Assembly: GCA_964035545.1 (NCBI GenBank) | Contig: OZ037769.1 | Location: 4,073,929-4,137,928, forward strand | DNA: 64,000 nucleotides | Source of the DNA: Bugula neritina | Lineage: Eukaryota; Animalia; Bryozoa | Direction of reading: 5' to 3' | Shown: in pieces, positions 26,554 through 39,300 of the stretch | Numbering within the stretch: position 1 is the first letter of the stretch | Layout: the number at the start of each line of letters is the position of its first letter | Program-made: the position numbers and the translations under genes | The notes under the pieces: generated by a model | The model's database searches: none | What the model saw: only the letters and a program-made list of their open reading frames with translations | What the model was told of the DNA's origin: nothing

Positions 26554-29226
26554 TTATTTTTTACATCTTTTAGGAAGGAAGGGCCTTTGTGTGATTCGGC
26601 CACCAGGACATCCTCTATCTATAGCGTTCCTCATCGTAACCTGGATTCCTATTGAGAGATCGCACCCTGCTTTTTGTGTTTTCTTCAAACAATTGTTCAC
26701 CCTCCTCTTTGTTCTGGAACCACTATAGCGAACACCGATCATAAATTAAAATAAACTGTTCAATCTTTTCTATGTACTATAAACAAAAAAAGTTTATACA
26801 GTTATAAAGTTTTTGCGCCCTCTAAAATTCGAACCACATTCCTAGCATACTAATTAATTGAGGTCACTGAGTGCTCTCAACACTATACATGCCCTAGCTC
26901 TTTAGAATTCTACAGGCCTCTCTACTACCCTTTTAGTTTTTAGGCTTCCCTAGCCTCTCAAATCTGTCTGGGTATACTACTACTACTGCTGCTGCTACTA
27001 CTACTGCTGCTACTGCTGCTACTGCTATTGCTTCTACTACTACTATTACTACACTTCACCAAAGGCCAAGATATTTGATAAAACCTTTGCCTCCACTTGG
27101 GTTCGAGCCCGAGGCCTCTAGCTTGTAAGCAGGCAGGCTACTATTACACCACATTATAGGCCACTGGGTTAACTTAACATTACAACAGTCTAAAAAATAC
27201 TTACCATTTTAACCTGATGCTTGTTGGAGTTCGCACGAAGGCTTCAAATATGCAGGTCGGCACGCCATTGCATCCTAGACAAAACAAAATTCTGTCCGGT
27301 TAAACGGCTGAATTAAAACTAAATCAACAGCTACTGATTTAAAAAAACGTTGCGAAATTTAAACTAAAGTTATTTTCTTCTTGAGCAATTTTACTAGATT
27401 TTATATGTATATATGTTGTTACCACATATTTTAGAAAAAGAATTAAAATTGGCACAAAAAGTTTTTAATGTATTTTCTGTGGCAGTATAGTTTAATAAGT
27501 GTGAAAAAGCCAATAGTGAAGGAGACAACTTCCAAGAGAAGTGGTAATTTGATATATTGCTTACTTGGCCTGTTTGCAATAAAGTTGATTTGACGCGGGC
27601 AGTTTCTATCAAAGATCGTGTATACTCTGAAAGCTTGAAATGCCCATTTAACAGGATCAAAGACGGTACATTTTGTATTTGCAAGTCTGTTGAATTTTCT
27701 TGCTCTAAAAATTTATATATAAATTATACACACATAATGGAATAATCGATTTAATAAGTTCATTTTAGGGTTTTACCCTCAAAATCAAATGTTTTCAATT
27801 CGCCTCAATTATAATTTATAACCCCTATTTAAATAATCAATAAACTTAAAAATGGTCGAGTAGCTAAAAAAAACTAGAAAAAAAATTGCGTTGCTTTATA
27901 CCATGATGCATAATACCAACTCTTGAAGATACCTCAGAACAAGGCTTGACTAAGTTTTTAGTTAAAAGTTTATTTTTCTAGATGAAAGCAGTTTGAAAAT
28001 TACCTCTGACAGGATGCTAGTGTTCCTATCTCGGCATATTTCTCAAATTTGCAAAAATTGTCTTCCACTGACTTAGTGCAATCTGAAATTATAGACGAAT
28101 AAGATAAAGCATACAACTGATCACATTACAAGCCAAATAGCTTTAATAGAGGTTGGTTTTTAGCTGAATATGCAACTATATAATCATCACTTTACTAGTC
28201 TAAATACTTTAACAACAAGCTAGTCTACGAAAAAGTTTTTAAAATAAAATAGTCTCTATAAATAATAATTGATTTTTAAAAAGTTACTGGTGCAGTGTGG
28301 AGTTATTATAGCTTATTTCTTGTATTAAATTTTTAAATATTTGAACTGGTGAAATTTTATACAAATATACAATCTTACCAAAGTATAATGCAGGTTTGTT
28401 GAATCATTTATTCATGTTACATGTTGTTTAATATAATATTTAGCATAATTGACAAAGAAAAACTTTGTTGTCTCCTTAAAGAGAAATTAATAAGCAAAAG
28501 TTAATTGAAGATAAACTTATAAGATTTTATAAAAATTGCAAAGGCTTACCTTCGCCTGGAGGTATAGCCTGAGTGGTTGTGGTAGATGTAGAAGAAGAAG
28601 ACGAAGTTGAACTGGTAGGAAGCGCTGGCAGCACTGGCAGCCCCGGAAACACAAACTGAGATCTTGAAAGTCCTACAATAAATATACTTATAAATGGGAT
28701 ATTTATATAGTGACTTATTTTTATTCTCTTTTTGTTTAATGCAGCAACTTCTTATTTTAGTGTAAAAAACTTGATTGCAAGCAAACCTGTTAAGCATTAA
28801 ACTACAGGACTACTGCAGAATTAAAGTCTTGACATTACAGTTGGGTTGAATATTTTTTGCAAATAATCCACTTACCTAGTAAGGAACAGACAACCAAGAC
28901 AGCCAGGACTTTTTGGTGTGCCACTGAAAGATACAAAAGTATGCTAAGTAAAATTTTAGCTTCTCAACTTTGTTGCTTTTTATTAAAATTTAAACATTTT
29001 TCTTCTTTGCTTTACAAACATTTAAACTTTACAAACGCAAAACCAATGCTTCATATTGCACTTTTCAAATTGCAAATTAAATAAGCAAAAATTAATATTT
29101 AAAATACAAAATACCAAATATATTAGTCCATAGTGTAAACAATGCACATCCTATTGCTTTCTGGTAGATTTAATGATCATATTATTAAAACACAATCTGG
29201 TTAAATATCACTTTTTAAAACTTACT
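26554..29226 (-). CDS. Secreted 12-cysteine protein, paralogue B (209 aa, Pro/Ser/Thr-rich linker, strongly cationic); exons 29226 (A of ATG), 28876-28923, 28550-28672, 28004-28082, 27565-27704, 27205-27274, 26554-26722
   Basis: Spliced product: MAHQKVLAVLVVCSLLGLSRSQFVFPGLPVLPALPTSSTSSSSSTSTTTTQAIPPGEDCTKSVEDNFCKFEKYAEIGTLASCQRARKFNRLANTKCTVFDPVKWAFQAFRVYTIFDRNCPRQINFIANRPRCNGVPTCIFEAFVRTPTSIRLKCGSRTKRRVNNCLKKTQKAGCDLSIGIQVTMRNAIDRGCPGGRITQRPFLPKRCKK*. A TATA-like ATATAAAA lies on - at ~29300-29307. Confidence 0.83.
26975..27052. repeat. (CTA/CTG)n trinucleotide repeat
   Basis: tactactactactgctgctgctact... run. Confidence 0.85.
27070..27174 (-). mobile_element. tRNA-derived SINE head, family 1
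   Basis: The reverse complement, agttaacccagtggcctataatgtggtgtaatagtagcctgcctgcttacaagctagaggcctcgggctcgaacccaagtggaggcaaaggttttat, aligns along the whole 23698 copy. Confidence 0.7.
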
Positions 29227-32200
29227 CTTGGTGGCAGATAATCCTGTTATTTTGGCAGCTGAGTGATAAGAACTGAATGTTAGGGAGGAGTCACGTCTGT
29301 TTTATATTCCAACATTGAATACGTATAAATCAGTCTTAAAGGGGGGCTGATTATCTGCAATCTGTTTTAATGTTCTTCTTCAAAAGTAATCTGTGTGCTT
29401 TACGATGCTATTGGTGGAGTTATTTAACGGTGTATCTAGTTTGAATTTTTATACCTAATCTTAGCTTCCAACCTATACTACATTAAATTAGTCTATAGTA
29501 CAAGGATGGTTGGCTTAATAGTCTCTTAGATTGCTGATAATTTTGTTTTGTGTGAACTCAGTCTAATAATAATTAGATTACTTGCTCATCAACTTACTTT
29601 TCTCATATTTTCAAAAGCAGATGTTAATTAGAAACATTAGTTATACAGTATTTTTTTAAAAAGAAAGTAATTTACTGATGAAGCTTTATTGCACTGCATA
29701 TAGTATACTTATGCAATTTTATAGTCGCAATCTCGGTGAGAAACCCCTGATGAAAAAGGTTTTTGTTATAGTATAACATAAAACATTTTTAAGTTGATTC
29801 AAATAAAATAGTCCTAGTTATATGCAGTTATAACATCTTCAGAAAGTTTAGTTTTTATTGTTTTTGGCTAAATTATTCACTTGATGCATGTGCTAAAACT
29901 CATAAAAACAACATGCAAAACAAAAACATATTATCATCACTATACAGCTGTTAAAACTACTCACAACAAAATAAACATGAAAACTGTTGAGAAGTCAAAT
30001 CATAGGTACTTATGCATGGTAGCATAGTTGAGAGTATTTTTATTTTAACAAATGAAACAAATGATTTAACTTTTAGTTGGCGATAACTCTGATTTCCTTT
30101 ATTAAAAAATGCTTTACCTAATAATTGTAAGACACATATTCTATCCTCGAACACTACTGCATAAGGTCCAGATGAAATTTAACATACATATATTGGTACT
30201 TTCAAAATGTGAAAAAATATTTGACAAGCATTATTCTAGGTGTTATCTGAAAAGATCATAAAACTGTTTAGATATTTCTTTTGGAATATTCTATTTTATA
30301 CTCATGTTACTCAAAGTGAAGGTTTAGGACTTTCGAAATTTGAACATCATATTATTTTTTATTTTTGAGTTGTAGAATATAATCTGCATTTTTGCAGGTT
30401 AGAAGAGATTTTCTGCTCATGAACGATTTGTTTAAATTGAGTTGTTTTTGTTAATTGTAAGAGCATTAATTTTTTGATTCAAAGTTTTCCCTGCTAACCA
30501 AAATGAATAGCTGAATTCTTTTGTAATAAGCGATTGGCTAATACACTTATAATACGTTGGAGTCAATTGTTACAGGGAGACATTTGACAAACAGCTAGTA
30601 CTAAAGCTGTTGCTATTGAGTTCAGTAATCACACAAAAGAATAAGTAATAAAATTATACCAAGCATAAAAGCTTAAGAAATCTTAACAGACGATGATTCA
30701 ATTATCAAGATAAAAAACAGCTGAAGTATATGACGTGTAATGCATTTTGACCAGCTTTTGACAAACAATTCAACAATTAGAAAAACAATGAACAGACGTC
30801 TAAAAATATTAAGGAGTTGATTATACTTTTTCAATTTTGAACAGCAGTTCTACAAATAAAAAAATTATAGACTATGTGCCCACAGCCAATATCTCGAATT
30901 AAGTACAAGGCTATATAAGCAAATTAAAATATCCATAGTGAACTGTGCAATATAGAATGGGATAGTTGGGTACTTCATAGAGTAAACAAAAAAATAATTT
31001 ATGACGCTGGTGAACAAAATTAATATCCCGCACAGAACTTTTAAATCCAAAGCTCTAATCTTGTATAAGAATAGGCATCTCCTGTCTAGCTAAGGGGTGT
31101 TTAGCACTAACTAACTAATCAATCAAGCGTGCAGATAAAACTCTTATTCTACTCAAGTTTCATAATCTACAGCTTGAAGCCTGTCAAGGATTAGGTTTCA
31201 GACTAAATTTATAGCAAATATAATCTGTTTAAGTTTCCCATTAATGTACATTAATCCGTCTTGTGACCGCATATATATGTATGTATTGCCATCTCCATAC
31301 TCATGGAAGGTACATGTACAATGCACATGCTAGCACGGAAATCATATTCAATGGCTAGATAATTAAAAATAAATTCCATGTGAAATCTTGTTTGAGTATA
31401 GACACATATGAAATTCTCATGCTAAGAAGTTGGCTTATGTTCACTGCTATTATACCAGCCCACATGTAAATCTTATCACAGGAAATTATTAAGATAATCC
31501 TAATGTGAATATTTGGGGCCGAGCTGCTTGTGTAACAAAAGCGGCAAAGAAGGTGTGGCCATCTGTGAAGCATTTGTAACAGTCTATTAATTATGTAACT
31601 ACAGTACACTATTTTATGATTTCACAATTTTACAATACTATAACAATTTGCTATAATATAAGGATTTAGCACTTACTTTTATTTTATTTTTTAACTCTGC
31701 TTTCAAGAAATAGTAAATTATTCTGTAAGTCGGAAAGACCAGTTTAATTGTTACTTATATGCTTCTTTTCCTATAACTACTACCATGCTACACACTGCTA
31801 ACCGCATAAAATATTCTTCATGGTAAATTATAGATTCAATTATGTAACAAATACTGGGCTAATTAAAATTATATGTTTGCCAATAAAATTAGTTTTCACA
31901 GTTTTGGCTACTTATAGATCTTAAGTTTTCAGAATAAAATTGATACCTATCTGGTTATAGCGCTGCCGATGTCAGAATATAAACCGATACCAATTCTTAT
32001 GCTGTGACTGTGAGACATATTAGCCGCTCTCTCCCCATGCTTTGCACTTACTGTGAAGCTAATCAAACTTGTATTGTTGACAGCCATTAGTTGGTTTACA
32101 TACCATAATTTTGCAACGAGTTTAAGTTATAAGTAGGTAAAAGTGAAAATTAAACTCGATTTCGTAAATCTAAAACTCTTTTATGTAAACCATCTAGAGA

Positions 32201-32324
32201 AAAAAAAACAGAAAATTGACTCATCCAAATATAGGCAACTCCAAATTATTAACAAACAAAACTAAGCTACTCCTTGCTGCTATATATGTTATTTAATTGG
32301 TATTAATCTGATTAGTGTAGTGGT

Positions 32325-32420
32325 GAGTTTACCCACGGCGGTCCCCTTGGTGAAATGGCTAGCACACTTGCTTGCAAGCCAGAGGTCTGAGGTTCGAATC
32401 TCAGTGGGGGTAATTATTTT
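32325..32420 (+). mobile_element. tRNA-derived SINE head, family 1 (best-preserved Pol III boxes)
   Basis: TGGTGAAATGG (A box) ... CTTGCAA ... GGTTCGAATC (B box); the cloverleaf stems are imperfect. Confidence 0.7.
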
Positions 32421-33579
32421 TCAAGTTTAGCATTAAAAATGGTACCAGCTAGGGCATGAATATATAGTCTAAATTTAGCCATAGCAATTTAAATGAGCAC
32501 TTTAATATTGTAACTCAGCTTATAATGGTAGAGTGGTAAACAATATCAAAACTCCATCAAATGTAAAAGTTATTTATATAGCTGTAAAACCCATGGCCCT
32601 AAGTGTCTCTCAATAAACAATAGATGTCTAACTTAAGCTTATTAGATCAAAGAAAAAGTATTTTCATTGTGTAAAGTCATGCTTCATTATTTTACTTATA
32701 TATACAACTTTTTGAAAAAATATTGAAAAACCATGCACCAGTGGCCCGAATATCTTTTTAATTGGATAATTGCTGCTTCAAACTGCGACCTATGCTAATC
32801 CAGTTATATGATAAATACATAGTTACATGCCTGGTTACTTATTCTACTACCTATACTGTTCCTTCAGTGTGTATCCATATTAAGAATGTAAGTTATTGAT
32901 GGTTTTCTATGATCTAATAAATCAACTATATTATCTACAACACAAATCTTGAAGGAATTTTTGTCCTAATCATGATATATAATATTTAAAAAAACCTAAA
33001 CTCTATAACTTTTTTTTAAATTGAAAGCTGATTTGATTTTCATAAGTATACGTAAAACATTTCTTAGTATTAAATTATTTGATTATAGCAGCAGCACTAA
33101 TAATGATATTAGAAATAGTGAAGATAATGAGGACACGAAGTATAAATTACATTCCTGCCTAATGGTGTGATCTACCAGTTGGCACAGATAATAAATCTCT
33201 GCTGCAACAAGTATTAGGCTAGATTATATTTTCAGTCTGGAAAGTTACTTTTTTTTCAATAAGTTAGGCTGTGCAATGCAGTTGGGTAATAAAACTCAGA
33301 TTTAACGAACTGGCTGGTGACAATTCTTCTGATCACATCTTAATTTCAGTTAACTTTTAAAGGCACTAATTCCGCCATAAAAAGCTGCATTAGTAATATC
33401 TTTATTTATAGTCTAACAGTTTAAATCTTGACTGCATTGCAATGCATAATTTTAAAACTGTAATTATTTGAAGGATAAAAAAATACTAAAACTGCAACTC
33501 TTAGCTAGACCGTAGACCTGTGGTTACATTCAGCTCCAGCTATTAGTTGCAAATTAAACTGATGAAATTATTGACAACC

Positions 33580-34907
33580 GGGTGTGACTAAAATGGGTGG
33601 CCACTCGGTGTCGCGGTATGTGACACCCATTTTAGTCATAAGAGGGGGTTTTGACTAAAATGAGTGTCGCGAACAATTTTCGTTTTATTTTCAGATTTTT
33701 AGACAGCTGTGACTGTTAAGATTATTGTTAAATAAAGCTTCAGTGGATAATGGACATTTCACAATCGTTTAAACCAAAAACATGAATAAATAATGATTAA
33801 ATTAAATTAATTTCAACAAAAAACAAACTCATCGAGAGTTATCTTTCCTCATCAAAAATTTAATTTTCACTTAATTTTACTGTTATCGTTATGATCATAG
33901 ACATGCTAACTTATGAAAACATATACTTTAAATTATTAAAAACGTTTTGAGCAATATTAACAAACAAAAATGTCTACAAAATGTGAAAATAAAACTAAAA
34001 ATATTTGCGACACCCATTTTAGTCCAGAATGACTAAAATGGGTGTCACAAGATTTTTTTATTTGCAATTAGCATTGAGGATAGATATTGTGATAAAACTG
34101 TGGGTTTGAATGTAGCTAGTTGCCTTGCATGCTTGTTGTGCAGAATAAGTCGTGAAATTGAGTGTAAGAGATGATAACTTTATTAGGTAGATAAGTAAGG
34201 TAGGTCTTCGTCCAGCGAGCTCCAGTAGTAGACTGAACTATACTGGAACTCGCTGGCTTTTATATATACGCTGGACAAAGACATTCCTTTGTTGCCGAGA
34301 TCGGAGACCCGAAATGCCGAATATCGGCATTTCGGGAGTCCGAAATGCCGAATTGGCATCTCGGCACTTCGGTAGTCCGATATGCCGATTCTCGGCACAT
34401 CGGTGTTTCGGAGGACCGAAGTGCCGATCTCAACAATCAAGGACACACACACACAACATAAATCTACCACAATATAATTTTACACTTGACATCATTAAAC
34501 TGCTTTTGCATTTTTACACTAACTTAGCTAATTAAAAAGCTACGAAACTGCGTCATAGGATAAATAAGATTAAAGTCATTGTAAAAACCTTTGGGGTCAA
34601 AAACTAGGGGGTGTTGTGAAGAATTCAATACATGTATTTTAATTTAATTTCATAGTTATTTTTCAGTTTCTAGACATACTGACTAATGAACCATATACTT
34701 TAAACTAGTAAAAATACTGAGAGCAATATTAACAAACAAAAATGTCTACAAAATGTGAAAATGAAACTAAAAGTATTCGCGACACCCATTTTAGTCAAAA
34801 CACCCACGAATGACTAAAATGGGTGTCACTGTGACTTTTGCTTTATTTTTAGCTTTCTGGGCGGTTTTGGATACTATAAATTATGTCATGTCATTTTAGT
34901 CACACCC
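33580..34907. mobile_element. Non-autonomous TIR DNA element (MITE/foldback-like) with 16-bp terminal inverted repeats and iterated internal motifs
   Basis: GGGTGTGACTAAAATG (33580-33595) and CATTTTAGTCACACCC (34892-34907). The GACTAAAATGGGTGTC(A/G)C motif recurs in both orientations, and there is a ~100-bp internal direct repeat (~33948-34048 vs ~34720-34829). No TSD recognised. Confidence 0.75.
34286..34442. mobile_element. GC-rich multi-palindromic insert (TGCCGA/TCGGCA iterations) nested in the TIR element
   Basis: Imperfect inverted ends cctttgttgccgagatcgg ... ccgatctcaacaatcaagg enclose repeated ccgaaatgccga / tcggca(c/t)ttcgg units. Confidence 0.65.
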
Positions 34908-35811
34908 TATTTTCTAGTATGCAATAAGCCAGCTACTGTACTCAGTACATAAGATAAAATCAACATGCAGTATGCCAGCAACAAGTTTACTTTCGTGCTC
35001 ATTGATGAGTTGTGATAAAATGGTAACATAAAAATCTGTCTCACCAACCAATACATAAAACCAATCTGAGAAATATGTTATATTATTCTTTGTTTCAGAT
35101 TAAGTTGCTATATAATCTCACTATCATAACATTAGCTACAGCTAGTCTTAGATATTATGACTTATTGACAGGAAAAAATGATAAGGTTTCATTTATAATC
35201 TATAAACTAAAGCTACTTTGCTTATCAACTCAAATAAAATAAGCTGATCTATTATTTATTTACCGAGTTTAAATAAGTTGATATTTGATATGACTTGATA
35301 GTAGAGTAAGCCCTAGAAATATCTCAAAATCTGATTAAATTTACAATGCTAGATTTATGCAAACAATATTGACTGTAGTGTAAACATCTTAACCGTACCA
35401 CATGAATATAAACTACCTTACTGTGTATTGAATTTTTTCGAAGCTTGGGTTTTTGTTTTTCAGTTTATTTCATTTATTTTTTTCTGTTGCAAATTGATTA
35501 GTAGACAATGTGAAACCAGAAAAAAGCAAACGAGATCTGCATTGCACAAGTTATCTCAATTAAAACATAGCTATAGTTTATGTTTTCAATTTGCACTCCG
35601 CACTTCAAGCTACATTATAGCAAAGTGGTGGATATATTATATATTTTAAGTTTTTAGATTTCTTTTACTAAACTGTGACTGTATACAGAAAGTCTAATTG
35701 GGTTTAAAACTTTTAAAGCTGCAACATAAAAGATATAGCATATTTGTATTGTAAAATATTTCTTTAGGCTCAAAATTTAAAATCGTACACTAAGTATGTA
35801 GATGTCAAAAG

Positions 35812-35905
35812 TAGCAAGTGAAGATCTTTGAGCAACATGTAAAAAGTGAAAATCGCTGAGCAACGTAGAAAAAGTGAAAATCGTTGAGCAACATATAACA
35901 AGTGC
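35812..35905 (+). repeat. ~29-bp tandem repeat, ~3 copies
   Basis: tgagcaac(a/g)t..aaaaagtgaaaatcg repeated. Confidence 0.75.
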
Positions 35906-36345
35906 AATTGCTATATAACATAACTGATGAGCAGTCGGAATATTTATTAGTAATAATTAAAATACGTAACGCTGTGCATTAAGCATGCTAATTTTGACCT
36001 GCACTATTGCAGTAGATCATCATCTGATTAAATAATAATAAAGATCAAACAAAATTAAACAATGGCATTGAATAGAATAAAGAGGCATAAAAAAAATGTC
36101 GGTGTTTTGTGTTAGCACTAGAAATTATGCATTTCAAGTATGTTTTTATGTGCATCTGGTAAATTTACAGCTGATGAGGCTGTGATAAGGCTAACAGGTT
36201 ATAGTCTAAAGTATAAATATAAGTTGAAATCAAAGCTTCCATTTGCTATAGTTGAGCCTTCAGTGATATAGCAATACGCATGCATTTTTAAAAAATATAG
36301 TATAATCAACAACAACTGAGAGCCAAAATTGACCAGCTCTGTAAT

Positions 36346-39300
36346 TTAGATTTCCCGCAATCTAAATTTCCTGATTTTTTCAATGTGATAAGGGTAGCTG
36401 TCTTGCAGGTCTTGAAAGGCTTGACTTAGAATGACGGCTTGGTAATGAGGCTCTGTTCTTTCTGTCAGCGGAATATCAATCTTGCTGACGTACATTCCAA
36501 CCGGCTGTAGCCTCTCCTCACCTGATCCTGTTTTAACCTGGAGGTGAACGATCCTTCCACAGTCTCCATCTTCTAGCAAACTAGAGCGAATAAAAGTTGT
36601 AGTGATTGCAAAATCTTACACTAATCAAATCTAAAACAAAAGCAACTTAAAAAGAGTGTGTATAAAAGTATTTTTTATAAAAGAGACAAGGTGCCGAAGT
36701 TTAACCGTAATAGCAGCAAGAAGTAATGCTTAACGAAAAAAAGTATCGGCATGCAATTTGAATTTTATAATTTTTAAATTTCACAAATTGAGTTATAAAA
36801 AAACAGCACAATTTATGTAGTCAGTGTTATTTTCTAGTAACAATTATTGCAATGTATAGTGAAAACTCCAAATAAATATATAAGTTATGACAATGTAGTG
36901 CAATAACAAAAGCTGCTCACTCGTTTCCTTCATCTGTTTCTGAAGTGATGATGAAACTGAGGTGTTTTCCATCTTTCACTCTTTCTCTCCCAGATGGTCT
37001 GTGGGCCACTTTTAGCATACCACTCAAGCTTTTATATTTGTTCCGAATAACAACGGGATGGCCAACTTTATAGAGCTCTTCTAGATGGTTCAGTGACTTA
37101 ATTTTGTAAATATTTTCACCCGCACTGTCTTGGACGGTTGCCAAGAGCATCTGCAGCCGTTCAGCATCACTATACTCAATCGGTAGCAAAGCGATATCGT
37201 TCAGGAACATGTGGTGGCACGTACCATCTTGCAGTTGAGGACACAACCCTGCTGGGCATTTGATATCCTCTGATTGGGGCTGAAAGTATTTTTGCCTACA
37301 ACCAACGAGCAGTGGCAGCTTTATATCTGCAGGAATAAGTGTTCCCAGCTCATCTTGCGTTTGTTCAGGTACGCTCCTATGAGTCTTTTCTGAAACCTTG
37401 AGAAAGTATTCATTTTTGCTGCTACTAGCCATGATCTCTTCACGAATTCTTGATATTCTAGCTTCAGGCTCAATTTTCTTTTCCTCATCTCGTCTATCTC
37501 CATTCGCCTCATTGCTGCTGCCATAGTGGTCACACTGGATGCTGGCAACTGGTTCTGCTTGAATTTCTCGATCTGGCTCAATGTGTACAATATTGTTGTT
37601 CCATCGCCAAGTGTCGTCAGCCTGTTTAGCTCTTTTAAACTGGTTTGATGATAAAATCAAATGAGCGGGTACCACTGCAAAAATAACTCCATGCTCATGA
37701 GGGTTTTCTTGATTTCTTACAACCCTTGATGATACAAGAAGCTCACAAGTTGCTTGTCTTTCAACTTTCCACTCACATGAGTTTTTTTTCGGCACTTTGA
37801 CATAGATTTTGAGACTTTGGTCGACCTGCTTTATAGGGCCATCTGTATTCTGGGTACAAAAATTGAAGTGGGAGAACTCAGGATGAGTCTCCTCTAGCTC
37901 CTTTTTCAGCAGGTTTAACTGAGACTGGAAAGAGCTAGCATTAGGTCCTAAAACTAGGATATCTCTCCAATTATCAGACGCTTGAGTTATGATGGCTGAG
38001 GGGTCCAAATCCAGGCAAACACTAAAGGTGAATCATACACCATGTAAAAGCAAATAATGGCTTATGCTATCCAATCATACTACTATTTTTTATAGGTTGC
38101 TTTATGCAGATATAAAAAGTCAAATTTTAAAGCACAGTTTAAAACATCAAACTTGAATTTTATTCTATTTGAGTAATAGTGTCAAGTTTTTTTACAGGGT
38201 TGCTTTGATTTAATTGTTTGTAGAGCTTAAATTTTTTTAAACTGAGTTCAGAACCAGCCATTAGATATAAATCGTTACCATAGCTACTAATTGAGTTAAA
38301 ATTTTGTTACACTGTGCACATTTTGTTGCCTTAAACGTTACTAGTTTAAAATTTCTTAATACTTTTAGCAATTATTTATTACAACCAGAACATAAAAGCA
38401 ACTGTTTATTTAATATTCGTTTTAGGAGTTGCTTTTTCTCTACATATTTTGCTTTGTAAATGGATTTTATTTGAATTTTGATTTCCTGTAAATATTTGTG
38501 ATATCAATTATATTGGCGTTAAATTTATTTAAATCTAAAGCAACTGATTTACTGTTAGATTTGCAAACATTCGCGGACACAGTATAAATAGTAAGCGCAG
38601 CACTACCTGTCAATTTTTTCAAGCAGTACTTGAGGAAGTCCTGTGCATGCGTTTGAGGAGTTATCTTCTTTTGTAAAAGTCGCATAATCTCCTGATTCAC
38701 TATCTTTATCGCTGCTATCGCTGTAGTAAGGAAGAAAATGTTTCTTTTTTTCTGGAACATTCGTCTGATGCTCTTTTTCTTCTTTTGCTATAAAATAAGA
38801 ACCCAAAAGATATTAAATGCATATATTATATTGCTCTTCGTTGCAAATAATAAAAAAATAAAAAGCTAAATATTCATCCTATAGATAAATGAAAGCATAG
38901 CCTATACTAGGACTGTCCAACAGAAGGCCTTAGGGTCAGATGTATTTCCCAGCCTAGGTTTATGTGGCTCTCAAAGGCATAACATTACTTTCGATACATA
39001 GATTGTAACTGGTTGTATGTTGCCCATTATAAATAACTATTGACCCCATTAACTTCATATTTATGTTTAGGTGACATACGTCAGCAGGCATGACTCGTTT
39101 ACCTTGTGCTGACTATTAGATTTGTGGTCAGGTCATTGTGGTCGTGGTGGCTGTCATTCTTGCCCTACATCTGCCGGGCTGGGTTGGTATCCTGAGGCTA
39201 CCCAGTGAATGTTTACTATGTTTTGAGACACAATCATTGTGGTATTTTTTTAGGGACAATAGTTGTTTATGCAATTTGTTTTTGCCTGGTACAGTAACAA

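Noticed and set aside
30500-31620. Purine-rich, coding-looking stretch and ORFs 30865..31050 and 31355..31609
   Set aside because: Frequent stops, no recognisable motif and no consistent splice chain; possibly a decayed repeat, but unsupported.
32338-32412. Possible tRNA gene (TGC anticodon-like loop), also at 23705-23780
   Set aside because: Acceptor and anticodon stems pair poorly, and several diverged copies share flanking sequence, which fits SINE heads better than functional tRNAs.
34183-34535. ORFs 34183..34470 and 34314..34535
   Set aside because: They arise from the stop-poor GC-rich palindromic insert, are open on both strands, and have no transposase motifs.
33580-34907. CRISPR-like array of repeated 18-mers
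   Set aside because: The repeats alternate in orientation with irregular spacing, the context is eukaryotic, and there are no cas genes.
36346-38021. Endogenous viral (picorna-like 3C) origin of the GDCG protease
   Set aside because: No helicase, RdRp or capsid sequence nearby, spliceosomal introns are present, and the His-Asp spacing is much longer than in 3C. A cellular trypsin-like ancestry is more parsimonious, though untested.
39103-39200. GC-richer exon-like segment in a protease intron (ORFs 39128..39352 and 39138..39359)
   Set aside because: Every acceptor compatible with the upstream phase-1 donor leads to a TGA, and the flanking exons join in frame without it. At most a poison or alternative exon.
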